From Felis catus (taxonomy: Eukaryota): a stretch of 60,000 bases of DNA. Position numbers and translations under genes: made by a program. The stretch spans positions 187,676,001 to 187,736,000 of the forward strand of contig NC_058368.1 of NCBI RefSeq assembly GCF_018350175.1. Direction: 5' to 3'. Below the pieces are notes generated by a model. That model was not told the origin of the DNA. It worked only from the letters and a program-made list of their open reading frames with translations, and ran no database searches. The number at the start of each line of letters is the position of its first letter. The first letter of the stretch is position 1. Shown here one piece after another: positions 26,620 to 39,224 of the stretch.

Positions 26620-27180
26620 TTTTCAATTTATTTTTATTAAAGTGTAGTTGACATACGATGTTATTAGTTTCAGATGTACAGCATGGTAATTTGACAATTT
26701 TATACATTAAGCTGTGCTCACCATGATAAGTATTATTATCATCTGTCACCATACAATGCTATTACAGTATATTGACTGTATTCCCATGCTGTACTTTTCA
26801 TCCCTGAAGCACTCTTTTTTTATGGACATAACATCATATTAGTTTCAGGTGTACAACATAAGGATTCAATATTTGTACATTTTGGGAAACGATCGCCACA
26901 ATAAGTATAGTTAGCATTTGTCACTTCACATAGTTACATTTTTTTTCTCATGATGAGAACTTTTAAGATTTATCTCTTAGCAACTTTCAAATGCAGAATA
27001 CGATATTACTGTCTTCACCATGCTGTACATTATATCCCCAGGACTTATTTACTTTATAGTTATAAGGTTGTACCTTTTCACTCCATTCACCCATTTCGCC
27101 CACCTCCCACCCCCTTGCCACTGGCAACCACCAATCTGTTCTCTGTGAGTTTGGTTTTTTTTTTTTACTTTGAATGTTTC
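26620..27180 (-). mobile_element. Two L1 3'-end fragments (carnivore L1/L1MA-type)
   Basis: tattagtttcaggtgtacaacata, gatgagaacttttaagatttatctcttagcaactttcaa and ctggcaaccaccaatctgttctctg. Confidence 0.85.
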
Positions 27181-27304
27181 TTTTTAAAAAACCCACAGTG
27201 TTGAAAGCATGAAAATAAAAATCACACAAGATCTCAGCCCTCCAAGATACTGCTGTTAACATTTTGTTGTATATCTAATAGTTTCTTCTTGTCCATTGTT
27301 AATA

Positions 27305-27790
27305 TTTTTTTAAAGCTTATTTATTTTGAGAGAGTGCAAGAGTGTGAGTGGGGGAGGGGCAGAGAAGGAGGAAGAGAGAGAATTCCAAGAGCAGGCTCTG
27401 CACTGTCATCACAGAGCCCGACGGGGGGCTTGAACTCTTGAACTGTGAGATCATGACCTGAGCCAAAACCAAGAGTCTGACACTTAACCAACTGAGCCAC
27501 CCACGTGCCCTTCCATTGTTATTACTTTTAAAAACCAAAATAGGGGCGCCTGGGTGGCTCAGGAAGTTGGGAGTCTGACTTCGGCTCAGGTCAAGATCTC
27601 GCGGTCAGTGGGTTCCAACCCTGCGTCAGGCTCTGTGCTGACAGCTCAGAGCCTGAAGCCTGGAGCCTGGAGCTTGGAGCCTTCTTCGGGTTCTGTGTCT
27701 TAGTCTCTCACTCTTGCCCCTCCCCTGCTCGTGCTCTGTCTGTCTCTCAAAAATAAACAAACATTAAGGATAATAATAATAATAAATAAT
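27305..27790. mobile_element. Head-to-head SINE pair (about 27305-27510 -, 27543-27790 +)
   Basis: SINE consensus on opposite strands; TSD aaaaaccaaaata for the + copy. Confidence 0.88.
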
Positions 27791-28268
27791 AAAAACCAAA
27801 ATAAACTTTGATAACAGAAGTGTTTTTTGGTAAGGTGGATTGCACTCCCTGCACCTGAACTCCGTCATGGCCGCTTGTCCCTGTGCCCCAGTCTGCTCAT
27901 CTCTGGTTATGGCTGAGGAACTCGTGCTCTCTTGCCTGGCTCAGGTGATAAAGGGCCAGCAGCTTGTGAGGGAGAGTTTCTGGAAGCCTCTGCCTGTCCT
28001 GCTACCCCTCCTTTTCTGTGCCCTCCTCCCAGCCTTTCTGCTGGCCACAGAGATGTTGCCCCTGCCCTGCCGAGAGGAAGGTCACTCTGCCTGGCCCCGT
28101 TCCTGCCCTTCCTGCCCCTTTCCGCCCACACTGGCTGCTGAGAGCCTGCCAAGTGCCTGCCTAATCCTAAGCCTCGCAGGCTGCTCTTTTGTTTCTGGAA
28201 TCCAGGCCCCTCACCAGGAGGGGTGGCTTCATGCACCCGGGCTGCTGTGGCCTTTAAGCTGACTTAGG

Positions 28269-28869
28269 TCAAAAGTGCCTGGGGAGGAATGCGGATCCTT
28301 AGAGCAAAGTCCTTGTAATGAAGGCCTTTTCCCCCTTAATTGGGTTACAGAAGGAATCAGCTGGGCTCTCAAACTAAACAGGGTAGGCATGCTGGCGTCC
28401 CACATTGTTGTTCATTTGCCAAGGAATCACCCTTCTCAGCGCCAGAAGCTGAGGCTGACTCCTCATTCCATTTGACTTCAGGGTTCTGTGGAGGACAAGG
28501 GGATGGGTAGGTTTCCTTCTCTGCAGAGGCCCCCAGGCCCAGCTATAAACCGTCAGGTAGAAAGCTTCCCTCCACCCACCAAAGCATTCCATCCAACAGT
28601 TCCTCTGAGAGTCCAGAGAGCCTCTGACAGAGGCAGATAAGCTCAGTTTATCTGAAGTTTGATTGCCCAGCTTGAGGGAAAGGCCACTAATGCTTACTGA
28701 TTGCTGTCAAGTGCCAAATATTTTACAGTTAGGGCAGTGTGACCCCCATTTTTCAAATGTGCCCCATTTTTCAAAAGTGCCTGGGGAGGAATATGGATCC
28801 TTAGAGCAAAGCCCTTGTAATGAAGGCCTTTTCCCCCTTAATTGGGTTACAGAAGGAATCAGCTGGGCT
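28269..28869 (+). repeat. 99-bp dispersed direct repeat (28269-28367 and 28771-28869)
   Basis: tcaaaagtgcctggggaggaat...ggaatcagctgggct occurs twice, 502 bp apart, with 3 mismatches. Confidence 0.95.
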
Positions 28870-29049
28870 GATGAGGGCCCAAATGAGGGCACTGGGGTTC
28901 TGAATTCACATGCCCAAGGTTAATAACTGGGGTGGACCTGAGATTCCATCCCAGAACTGCCTGACTTAACTATCTGTGCCAGACTGCTCCCCAATATGTG
29001 GGGAGAGGAGTGTATTTGATGCACCGTGGTACGTTACAGTATTCATTCT

Positions 29050-30215
29050 TTTTGTTTTTTAAAGACTATGTTTTTAAAACAGTGTGAGGTTCACAGCAAT
29101 ATTGAACAGAAGGTACGGAGATGTTCCATGTACCAGCTGCCCCCGCATGCATGCACGGCCTCCCCCATATCCACATGCCCCACCAGAGGAGTACATTTGT
29201 TACAGTTGATGAACCTCATGACACATAAGTGTCACTTAAAGTCTTTCGTTTTTTTTTTGTTTTTTTTGTTTTTTTTGTTTTTATTTATTTTTTTAATTTT
29301 TTTTTTCAACGTTTATTTATTTTTGGGACAGAGAGAGACAGAGCATGAACGGGGGAAGGGCAGAGAGAGAGGGAGACACAGAATCAGAAACAGGCTCCAG
29401 GCTCTGAGCCATCAGCCCAGAGCCCGACGCAGGGCTTGAACTCACGGACCGCGAGATCGTGACCTGGCTGAAGTCGGACGCTTAACCGACTGCGCCACCC
29501 AGGCGCCCCTAAAGTCTTTCGTTTTTAATGTTTCTTTTTGAGAGAGAGAGGAAGGGGCAGAGAGAATCTCAAGCAGGCTCTGCACTGCCAGTGAAGAGCC
29601 TGATGCCAGGCTTGAACCCACAAACTATGAGATCATGACCTGAGCTGAAATCAAGAGGCGCTTAACTGACTGAGCCACCCAGGTGCCTCTGTCACTTAAA
29701 GTCTTTGGTTTACATTAGAGTTCAGCCTTGGTGTTGTACATTCTGTGGGTTTGGACAAATGTATAATGATGTGTATCCATCATTATAATATACGGAGTAG
29801 TTTCATTGTCCTAGAAAATCCTCTGTGTTTGGCCTGTTCTCTCCCTTCTCCACCCATCCCCTGGCAACCACTGATCTTTTAACCCTCTCCATAGTTTTGC
29901 CTTTTCCAGAATGTCATACAGTTGGAATCATATAGTATTTAGCCTTTTCAGATTGGATTCTTTCTCTGAGTAATGTGCATTTAAGTTTCTTTCTTGCCTT
30001 TAAAAAAATTTTTTTTTAAGTTTTGTTTATTTTGAGAGAGAGCATTAATAGGGGAGGGCAGAGAGAAGGAGAGAGCGAGAATCCCAGGCAGGCTCCACAG
30101 AGTCCAATGTGGGGCTCAAACTCAGGAACCGATGAGATCATGACCTGAGCTGGAGTCAGACACTTAACCGGTTGAGCCACCCAGGTGCCCCTCCTCCTTG
30201 CCTTTTCATGATTAT
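29050..30215 (-). mobile_element. L1MB-like 3' fragment interrupted by SINEs (young 29250-29509, older 29527-29688, and 30009-30190)
   Basis: L1 motifs (gtacatttgttacagttgatgaacc, ggtgttgtacattctgtgggtttggacaaatg, ccctggcaaccactgatc) and SINE TSDs. Confidence 0.85.
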
Positions 30216-30605
30216 CCATTCCTTTTTACTCCTGCAAATAGTTTTTGAGCACCTCCCTCTGGGCACTGGGCAAATGGTATAGGCAAAGTGGACTTGACCT
30301 CCACCCTCCGGAGCTAGAGTTTAGCAGGAAGACACATGTAAATAAGTACATACTTGGCCGTGAAGAATAGCATGCTAAGAGAACAAGGGGGGCTTGATTT
30401 GGAATGATGAGGAGTCAGAGAAAACTTAGGAAGGGACATTTAAACCAATATCTGAGGAATGAGCAGAAATGGGGGTGAAGAGCATGGCAGATGGCTGTTC
30501 TACTTTCAGAATCCTGCCCACTTTTGACACTCAGCCTCTTCTGGGAAGCCCTATTTGCCAAATCCTTCTTGACCCGTACTGTTGTCTGTTCCAAAGGAAC
30601 ATAAC

Positions 30606-30838
30606 TTTTTCTTTTTTTTTTAATCTTTTTTAAACATTTATTCATTTTTGAGAGACAGTGACAAGGCGTGAGTGGGGGAGGGGCAGAGAGAGAGAAGGAG
30701 ACACAGAATCTGAGCAGGCTCCAGGCTCTGAGCTGTCAGAACAGAGCCCAGTGCAGGGCTTGAACTCACGAGCCGCGAGGTCATGACCTGAGCCAAAGTC
30801 GGAAGCTCAACCCATCCAATGAGCCACCCAGGTGCCCC
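30606..30838 (-). mobile_element. Carnivore SINE
   Basis: SINE consensus; TSD cataacttt. Confidence 0.9.
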
Positions 30839-31950
30839 CTTCATAACTTTCTGTTTTATGCATGGATGACTTCCTTTGGGAATCTGCTCACACCAGCGGA
30901 CCCTTTCCTCAGGAAAGTATACAGAGGGAGCTCTCTTCTCCCAGTTGACACAGGAGAAAGTCCAGAAGGAGTTTGCTTGGCCGAATTGAGCAGGCAGGGA
31001 AGTCAGGACTCTGCATATCTGACCTGTTGTGTTTTGGGACTCTGAACTGCCTTGATGGGGGCAGTGCAGTCTGGGCCAAAGGTCACTTGTCTCATTTCCG
31101 GCAGCTGCTGCCTACGGAACACCAAGGATCTGTGACTGTGGTTGCGTCTTGTCAAGAGCCTCAGAGCCGGCTGTTTAGAGGAAATACCCAAGTAGCCTGC
31201 AGGCTTGTGGGGGCTGCCGGAGGGTGGAGGAGGAGGCTGCTTTTGCAGCTGCAGCCCTGCATTGGCTGCTGCTACCAGGTGTCTGGACACAGCCCTGGAG
31301 GAGCCTGGCTGAGAGATCTTCATGCGTAGCCATGCTACCAGTGTTTATGCCCTGCTCTAAGCCCTTCAGGGGCTCTCTGTTGCCCGCGGAGCAGGCTAGA
31401 TGTCTTAGCAGGGCGCACAAGATGGGACTGCCCGCCGTCCTCACCTGCTTGTCTGGGCACACCCTACCTGTTTGGCTGTTCAAGTGCCCCGATTCCCTGG
31501 ATGGGACACCTGTGTAGCTTTGCCAATGCAGTTTTTCCTGCTGAGCTTCCTCCCTTCCTGTATCTTCAACAGTCACTTCCTTCCAAATCCTGGCTGGATG
31601 GATCTCTCCTCCTTGAAGCCTCCACTGCTGCTCCCTACTGATGGGCTGAGGGCATTCTCCTCTCACCACTGCAGTTCATTCCTCTTTCCTCCCCAGCTCT
31701 CCCCCTCCCTGCCTTTATTCCTTCCACAGCTAGTATTAGGTACCTGATGATGTTCGGACACCCCAGGGTGCTGAGAAAACAGGGATGAGCCAGAGCAGAC
31801 CCAGACCCTGCCCTCAAGGAGTTTGAAATCCCACAGTGGCCCATAAATTCATCAGACAATGAAGATGAATAATACACAAGTCAAATCTTTTCTTTAAAAA
31901 AGTTAAACTGACAATAAAAGATTGTCTCTGTGATTTAAATGAAAAAAACC

Positions 31951-32755
31951 GGGATGCCCCCCTGGCTCAGTTGGTGGAGCTTGCGACTCTTCATCTCGAG
32001 GTCATGAATTCGAGCCCCATGTTGGGTGTAGAGATTACTGTAAAAAAAAAAAAAGACAGGTTGAGAAAAAGGTACATTGACAGTCTTGTGGTCTCAGATC
32101 CCTTGCAGGTTAAGTAAAGCCTGGGGTTTCAGGACTTTGTCAAACTCCAGTTTATGTGTAAACATGAGGGAGAGAGAGTACTTTGTTCACCTTGGAGCAC
32201 CTTCCATGAGCAGAGCCCTGGGGTTAGCACGAGAGATGTCCTGGGCTCAGAGCTCTGTGGGGGAACAAGCCAGAAGAGGAGAGATCCCAGCGTGAAATCT
32301 CAACGCAGGCTTCACTTTCACAGGGAAGGCCTTTCTCCCTTTGAGAAGATGGGGGCGTTCACTGCTCAGGGTTTTCCTTTGTAGTGTTTCGTCTTTGTTT
32401 TTGTTTTTTAAGGAGGTTCCATACTCAGTACCGAGCCCAACGCGGGGCTTGAACTCATGACCCTGAGATCAAGACCTGAGCTGACATCAAGAATCAGATG
32501 CTTAAGGGGCGCCTGGGTGGCTCAGTTGGTTAAGCGTCCAACTTCAGCTCAGGTCATGATCTTGCAGTCTGTGAGTTCGAGCCCCGTGTTGGGCTCTGGG
32601 CTGATGGCTCAGAGCCTGGAGCCTGCTTCCGATTCTGTGTCTCCCTCTCTCTCTGCCCCTTCCCCATTCATGCTCTCTCTCTGTCTCAAAAATAAATAAA
32701 CATTAAAAAAAAAGAAGAATCAGATGCTTAACCAACTGAGCCACCCAGGCACCCC
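31951..32755. mobile_element. Short SINE (31951-32053 +) and a - strand SINE (32395-32755) containing a nested + strand SINE (32506-32714)
   Basis: 17-bp TSD aagaatcagatgcttaa at 32489-32505 and 32715-32731. Confidence 0.9.
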
Positions 32756-32849
32756 TCCTTTGTAGTGTTGATCACCGTTTGGAATTGTGTAATTGCCTTA
32801 TTATTTGGTTCCCATTTCTTACTGGTCTAGAAACTCTATGAGAATGGTA

Positions 32850-34790
32850 AAAAGATGGCTTTATTGAAATATAATTCATATATCATAAAACTCACCCTTT
32901 GAAAGTATACAATTCAGTTGCCTTTAGCATATTAAGCATTGTGCAACCATCAACACTATCTAATTTCAGAATGTTTTCATGATCCCAAAAAGAAACCATT
33001 AGCAGTCACCACCCCCCCTCCGCCCATTAACTTCCACCCATCCCTAGCTCCCAGCAACTACTAACGTACTTTATGTTTGTATGGATTTGCCTATACTGGA
33101 CATACCATATAAATGGGATCATACAATATGTGGCCTTTTATGACTAGCTTTTTTTCACTTAGCATAATGTTTTCAAGGGTCATTCATATTCTTTCCTTTT
33201 TATGGCCAAGTAATATTGCGTGGTGTATGGATACATTTTGTTTTTCTTTTTTTTTTTTTTTTTAATTTTTTTTTTCAACGTTTATTTATTTTTGGGACAG
33301 AGAGAGACAGAGCATGAACGGGCGAGGGGCAGAGAGAGAGGGAGACACAGAATCGGAAACAGGCTCCAGGCTCTGAGCCATCAGCCCAGAGCCCGACGCG
33401 GGGCTTGAACTCACGGACCGCGAGATCGTGACCTGGCTGAAGTCGGACGCTTAACCAACTGCGCCACCCAGGCGCCCCTACATTTTGTTTTTCCATTCAT
33501 CAGTTGATGCACATTTGGGTTGTTTCCATTTGGAGACTGTTAGTGATGCAGGTTGGCTGCGTCCGAGGACCCAGAGGAAATCCTGCAGGACCAGCCAAGA
33601 GGGTCTTTGGCTTCTCACAGGATAGAAATTAAGCACAAGCCGAGAGGAAGTGAGAGCAGCATTTATTGAGGACATAAAGCAGATACAGACAGAGTGGGCG
33701 ACTCAGAAAGGAAAGAGGTGTGAGTCTCATGTTTGCTTGGGGTCTGGGGTTTTCATTGAGGATATGGTCAATGCACGTGTCTTCTCAGGCATCCAGCAAC
33801 AAAGAGAAGTGTTTAGGTGGCCTCCATCAGTCACTTACGCCCTGGAGCCAATGGTCTTGGTGAGTCAGTGGTCTTGGAAAATGGTTCACGAGGACCCACC
33901 TCATCACTCCTTAGATGTTATCTGCTGCGCTGAATGACTCCAAAGAAATCATTAACTCCATGCCCTTTAAAAGGAGGACATACATTATCTGTACCATAAA
34001 GTGTGTGTAGAGTGGAGGTATAGGTCCTAGCAAGAATAGAGGCAACAACAAAGTAGTCTTTCATGGGGTCCATTCAGTTTCCCTATCTTGTTATGAATAA
34101 AGCTGTTAGAAACATTCCTATACAAGTTTTTGTGTGTCCATGTTTTCATTTCTCTTGGGCATACAGCAAGGATTGGAATTGCTGGGTCACGTGCTTCCTC
34201 TGTGCTTCACGTTTTGAGGAACTACCAGAGTGTTCTCCACAGTGGCTGCACCATTTTACCTTCCCACCACCAGTGGATGAGAGTTCCAGTTTGTCACATC
34301 CTCACCAACACGTGTTTATTTTCTGATTTTGTTTTTCTAGTAGCAATTGTAATGGGTGTGAGGTGGTATCTCACTGTGGTTTTTGATTTGCATTTCTCTA
34401 ATGATTGAGTGTTGCGCATCTTTTCATGTGCTTATTGGCCATTTCCATGTCTTCTTTGCAGAAATATCTATTCAGTCCTTTGTCCATTTTGAACTGCGTT
34501 GTCTTTTTATTGTTGAGTTGTGGGAATTCTTTATTCTGGATACAGCCTCTTATTGATACATGATTTCCAAACATTTTCTACCGTTCTGTGGGTTGTCTTT
34601 TCACTTTCTTGATGTTGTCTTTTGAAGAACGAAGGTTTTACATTCTGAAGTCCAACTTAGATGATCTTGCTTCTAGTTCTGTTGCTTCTAGTCACATCAA
34701 AGAAACCATTGCCTAAGTGATGAAGATTTGCTCCTTTTATAAGAGTTTGATGGTTTTAATCTTCCATTTAGATGTATGCCTATCTTATTC
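32850..34790 (-). mobile_element. L1 fragment (3' UTR and degraded ORF2 end) interrupted by a young SINE (33247-33478) and a solo LTR
   Basis: L1 motifs gtgaggtggtatctcactgtggtttttgatttgcatttctctaatga, catcttttcatgtgcttattggccattt and ctccacagtggctgcaccatttta. Confidence 0.88.
33544..34088 (-). mobile_element. Probable ERV solo LTR inserted in the L1
   Basis: The L1 sequence ...ttggagactgtta|tgaataaagctg is split by ~545 bp, with tgtta repeated on both sides (33538, 34089). The insert starts TG and has tttatt (AATAAA on -) at 33662. Confidence 0.7.
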
Positions 34791-35466
34791 TAGGTTATAT
34801 CCCCAGTGCCTAGAATAATGTCTGATGTATAGAAGGCACTCAATACTTACCGAGTTAAATGAATGAATTAATATATTTTGAATGAATGAATGAATGAACA
34901 GATATCTCTTGTCCCAGAGCTGTTGCTATCTCAGTAGAGCCACACTGAGAAAGTGGCTGAGAAAGTGGCATGATACAGACAAGGGGCTCCAGTCTGTTTT
35001 AATCTCACCCCCAGGGAACCTGCCTTTAGTAAGCTCTCACAGTTCCTTTTCTGCCAGATCCCCCTTTCCCACTGTCCCTCAATTTTGCTTCTCTTTAGTT
35101 TCTCTACTTGACAAAATATAGCTACGGCATTTCCTAAATAAATCATATCTGGCCTACTTTGGTTAAATTGCAAATATAGCAGATATATAAGAAAATTTTT
35201 CCTGTCATTAAAAATCTTGGTTGGCTTGATATTTCTCTTGTTGGCTTATGTTGGAGAAATAAATTTGGATAACATGGCAGTGTACAAATTACAAAGTAAA
35301 AGTTGCCTCCTTGGGTGGAGGGAAATATGTTCGGAATTTACTTTTAGAAAAAAAATGTATGTGCATGCAGAGAGAGAAAATATAAAATGAAAACTGAGGA
35401 GCCTGGGTGAAGGGTATTTCAGGAGTTCTTTGTACTATTATTTTAACAGCTTTTTGTGTATTAAAT

Positions 35467-35667
35467 ATTTTTTAAATGTTTTTTTTTTTTTTAAAGAAAG
35501 AGAGAGAGTGCAGGGGAGGGGCAGAGAGAGAAGGAGAGAATCCCAAGCAGGCTCTGTACTACCATCACAGAGCCCGATGTGGGGCTCGAACTCATGAGCC
35601 GTGAGATCATGACCTGATCCGAGATCAAGAGTCAGATGCTTAACCAACTGAGCCACTCAGATGCCCC
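35467..35667 (-). mobile_element. Carnivore SINE
   Basis: SINE consensus; TSD tattaaatattttttaaa. Confidence 0.9.
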
Positions 35668-36217
35668 ATATATTAAATATTTTTTAAAATTCATCTCTCA
35701 CAATCCCACCCAGAGAGGCAATTAGGCTGGGGTCCCTGAGAGGTCACTGTGTGCTGGGTGTTTACATTCATTTTCTATTTAATCCTCCCCTCAGCTGTTG
35801 AGGAAGAGGCAAAGGTGAAGGCAGGGGACCGTGCTAGCACGACTTGGTTGAGTAGTGCAACTGGAATTGGGATACGGGTCTCTGACCTCCAGGCCTATAT
35901 TCTTTTATGGCTTATATATCTCAAATACTAATACTTTCCCCAGGGAATGACTGGTGTCTTTGGTGCCGATTATCTCCTTCATGTGCCTGTGTCATCATAT
36001 CCTTGACACTTCACGAGCCTGTGCTCACTGAGGGCAGATGGGAGATGGTCCAGGAGTTTCTGGAATAGAGGGGCTGCCATCCTGGGACTTGAAGGGTCTG
36101 GAGGGAATCACTGCCCCTCACCAGCCAGCAGGCAGGCCCCTATGTCTCGCTTTCCTGGGGCATCCGAGGCTCTCAGGAGGCAGCCCTGACCCCCCTTCTG
36201 TCCCTCCTGTCCTCCAG

Positions 36218-36431
36218 GAGCTGAAGCTGCCCGCCTTCCGAGCCCACTCCCCACTGTTGAAGAGCCGCCGGTTCTTTGTGGACATCCTGACCCTGCTGAG
36301 CAGCCACTGTCAGCTGTGCCCCTCGGCCCGGCACCTGGCTGTCTACCTGCTGGACCACTTCCTGGACCGCTACAACATCACCACCTCCAAGCAGCTGTAT
36401 GCCGTGGCGGTCTCCTGCCTCCTGCTCGCAA
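36218..36431 (+). CDS. CCNJL: Cyclin J-like, second coding exon (ELKLPAFRAHSPLLKSRRFFVDILTLLSSHCQLCPSARHLAVYLLDHFLDRYNITTSKQLYAVAVSCLLLA), N-terminal cyclin box
   Basis: Polypyrimidine tract then ctccag|GAG acceptor; donor GCAA|gtatgt; 214 nt, phase 0 to phase 1. Cyclin-box motifs LAVYLLDHF and SCLLLA. Confidence 0.96.
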
Positions 36432-39224
36432 GTATGTGGAAACCGCTGCTTCCCACCCACCCACCCCCTCCTTAGAGCCTGGGTGCTCCTGAGTCATTTT
36501 ACATTTCTGAGGTCTTTGCACATCTTCTGTGTCCATCCTTTGCTGAATGCAAACTATAGTCATAATAATCAATACTTTCTTTAGCGTCTGTAATGTTCCA
36601 GGCTAAGTGATAAGGATTTTAGCATCTTGATTTTAATGCATCCACACCATGACCCAAGGAGACAGAGAGACAGATACTTGTAGTACCCCCATCTTACCGA
36701 GACATAGAGAGATTAAGAAGCTTGCGTTGGGTCATCTAGCTAGTATATAGCAGACACAGTTTGGGCCCAGAACTGCGTGGTGCCAGAACCTGTACTCTTA
36801 AGGCAGTGTCACCAGAGGCATAGGGCCTCTGAGTGTGCTATTAGGGGAATGTATGTTAGGGGAAACCCTAACAACCACTGTTCTTAGAGGTATGTAGAAA
36901 TGTGACTGCTTGATTGGGGCCAACCAAGACCCATTGTGTTGTCACCAGACCTGGACACCAGGCCTCAATAGTCCATTGAGGCCCAACAAAAAACACAGCA
37001 TAGCTGTCTGTCTGTCTGCCTCAGTAGGGACTACCGCCTGACTATGCTGCTCAGGTCATGTGCTTAAAACACAGTTCTGTTATGCCATCCTGCTACTTAA
37101 AATTGCCCCCTGGTTTACCAACAATCTGAGGATAGGGATCATCTATCAAGGTCCTGTCTGTCTGACCTCATACATTTCCCCTCTTCAGGCACTGAATCCC
37201 AGCTAAGTCCCCTCCTGTCACAGAACTTTGCCCATGCTGTCTCCTCTGCCTAGAAAGCTTCCCCACCCCACCTGTCTGGACCCAATTAAATGTCATGCAG
37301 GCCCCACATCCTTGAGAAAGCCTTCCCCCCCACACTCAGCAAATACACATTTCCATGGCATCATGCACTCTTAATTAACACCCACCCCCGCTACTAAACA
37401 GTAAGTTTTGGGGAGGGAAAGGAACCTAGTACATCATAAGACCTGAAAAAAATATTTGTGGAATAAAGGAAATGAATGAAGCTAGAGGTTCCTTCCGAGC
37501 TGGGCTTTCACACCTCTCCAAGGTGCCCTTAACGGAAAGGAGTGACGTGCCCCAAAGTGGCTAGCTACAATCATGACATTTCCTTGACATCTAGTATTTT
37601 CTTCTTACAATTCAGTCAGAGTTTACATTCCCCTCCACAATATGTTATCATCCTGTTTTATTATATCGGCCCCTCTCCAATCCTTGAGTCCCACCGATGC
37701 CACAAGAGGATGGTACCCATTTTCTCCTATGGCTCTGTCCTCGGCATGTTGCCCTGAACCCCTGTGGCCACGATCACCCAGTTCCAGAAGCACAGCTATA
37801 GAGTTTTAAACATTCTGTATTGTTTTCCACCATGGCACTTTCTACCTGTTATTCTAATCCCTTTGGCTGCTTTGGGTGTACAGTCTTCCAATTTGATTTG
37901 CTCTACCTTGGGCCAGCTGATTTCCTGTGTTCTACAGAGAAGTCAGTCTTGCTGGGTGGGAATCCAGTCTGCTTGCTACCTCAAAGTCCCAAAACAACAT
38001 GTAGCTCTCTTCCGTCTTGGGAAGAGATGCAGGGCTTGCAAGATATCACTGTCGGCCGAGGGCAGAACGGGCATCACATTTCAGGCGGCCTAGGAGAAGT
38101 CCGCGCCATGGCCTTTGGCCTGCTGCTGTCTGTGATCTATGGGCTGCATCGAGGCCCCATGGGGGCAGGGGACTTAGATTTCCATGAGGCCATGGAGGCT
38201 GTCCTCCAGTGTCTGTCTGGGGAGCTGGGACGTGAGGCGCACACTGGAGACTCCTTTGTGCTGCCGCCGTCATGGCAGAGGGAAGAGGGCCTTTCAGACA
38301 GAGAGGCAGACACCCCCACCCACATGTCTGAGGGCAGCAGCCAGCCTGGGGCAGCAGGAACGGATTTTTCAGGACACCTGCCATATGCTCAGAGGCCCAA
38401 AGAAAGAAAAGTTTCCATGACAGCCTGAAATCCTATTCATTGCTCCCTCCCCTCTCCCCAGGCTGACTATTAGCCACAAGGGGGTGGGGGGGTGGTCACC
38501 TTGCCTCAGGAAGTTTTGAGTTCTGCTAATTCTGTACCAGATAATTCCTAGATAAGAAGAGTAACATTTCTTGCACCCACCTGTCAGTTTTTCAGTTTTT
38601 AGAGCTGTTTCCAGATAAGAGCCTTTGCACAGATGGAGCCTTCTCACCTACCTGCAGCCCCTCTGCCCCCATAAATCAAGGGTCAGTCAAGGGTCCATAT
38701 CTTGGTCAGACCAGTGGAAGTCAAGGGTCAGACCAATGGAAGGAGGTGGAAAAGCAAGAGCTTATAGGTTGTTCATGGTGGACTTGGTCTTCCTATGATT
38801 GAGTTAACTGTTCATGTAACCTACACGGGATAGAATCCTACCATAAATATAATCTAGATGTAAGTATACTGTAAATATAGTAGAGCCACTGTCTTCTTTA
38901 ATCTTTCATCTTTTACAGCTTCCCAGCCCCTCTTTTTGTTGTTGTTATAGCTGTTTAATTAAAAGGATAATTTGGCAGCATGGAGACCCCACAACTTCCA
39001 GGTTGAATGGGCTTTGTCAGCGTGCCATAACTGTCATCCTGGTGGCCGCAGCTTTATTACTTACTAGCCCCTTTCTCCACACCCAGCCGTGTGTCAAGCA
39101 CTTAACACCCATGTCTCGTGGAATCCTCCCAACCAGCCTATGTGGTTGTGCTGTCATCTGCCCATTCCGTAAGCTCAGAGAGGCTGAGTAACTTGCCTAT
39201 GATCACACAGCTCAGGAGTTTTGT

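Noticed and set aside
36038..36475. 145-aa ORF as a stand-alone gene
   Set aside because: Only 36218-36431 is cyclin-like and bounded by splice sites; the rest is intronic read-through.
37820..38428. 202-aa intronic ORF (and similar ORFs at 45775-46332, 46916-47428, 48669-49172)
   Set aside because: Several have non-ATG starts, and none shows recognisable homology or convincing exon structure. Their lengths are compatible with chance in moderately GC-rich intron.
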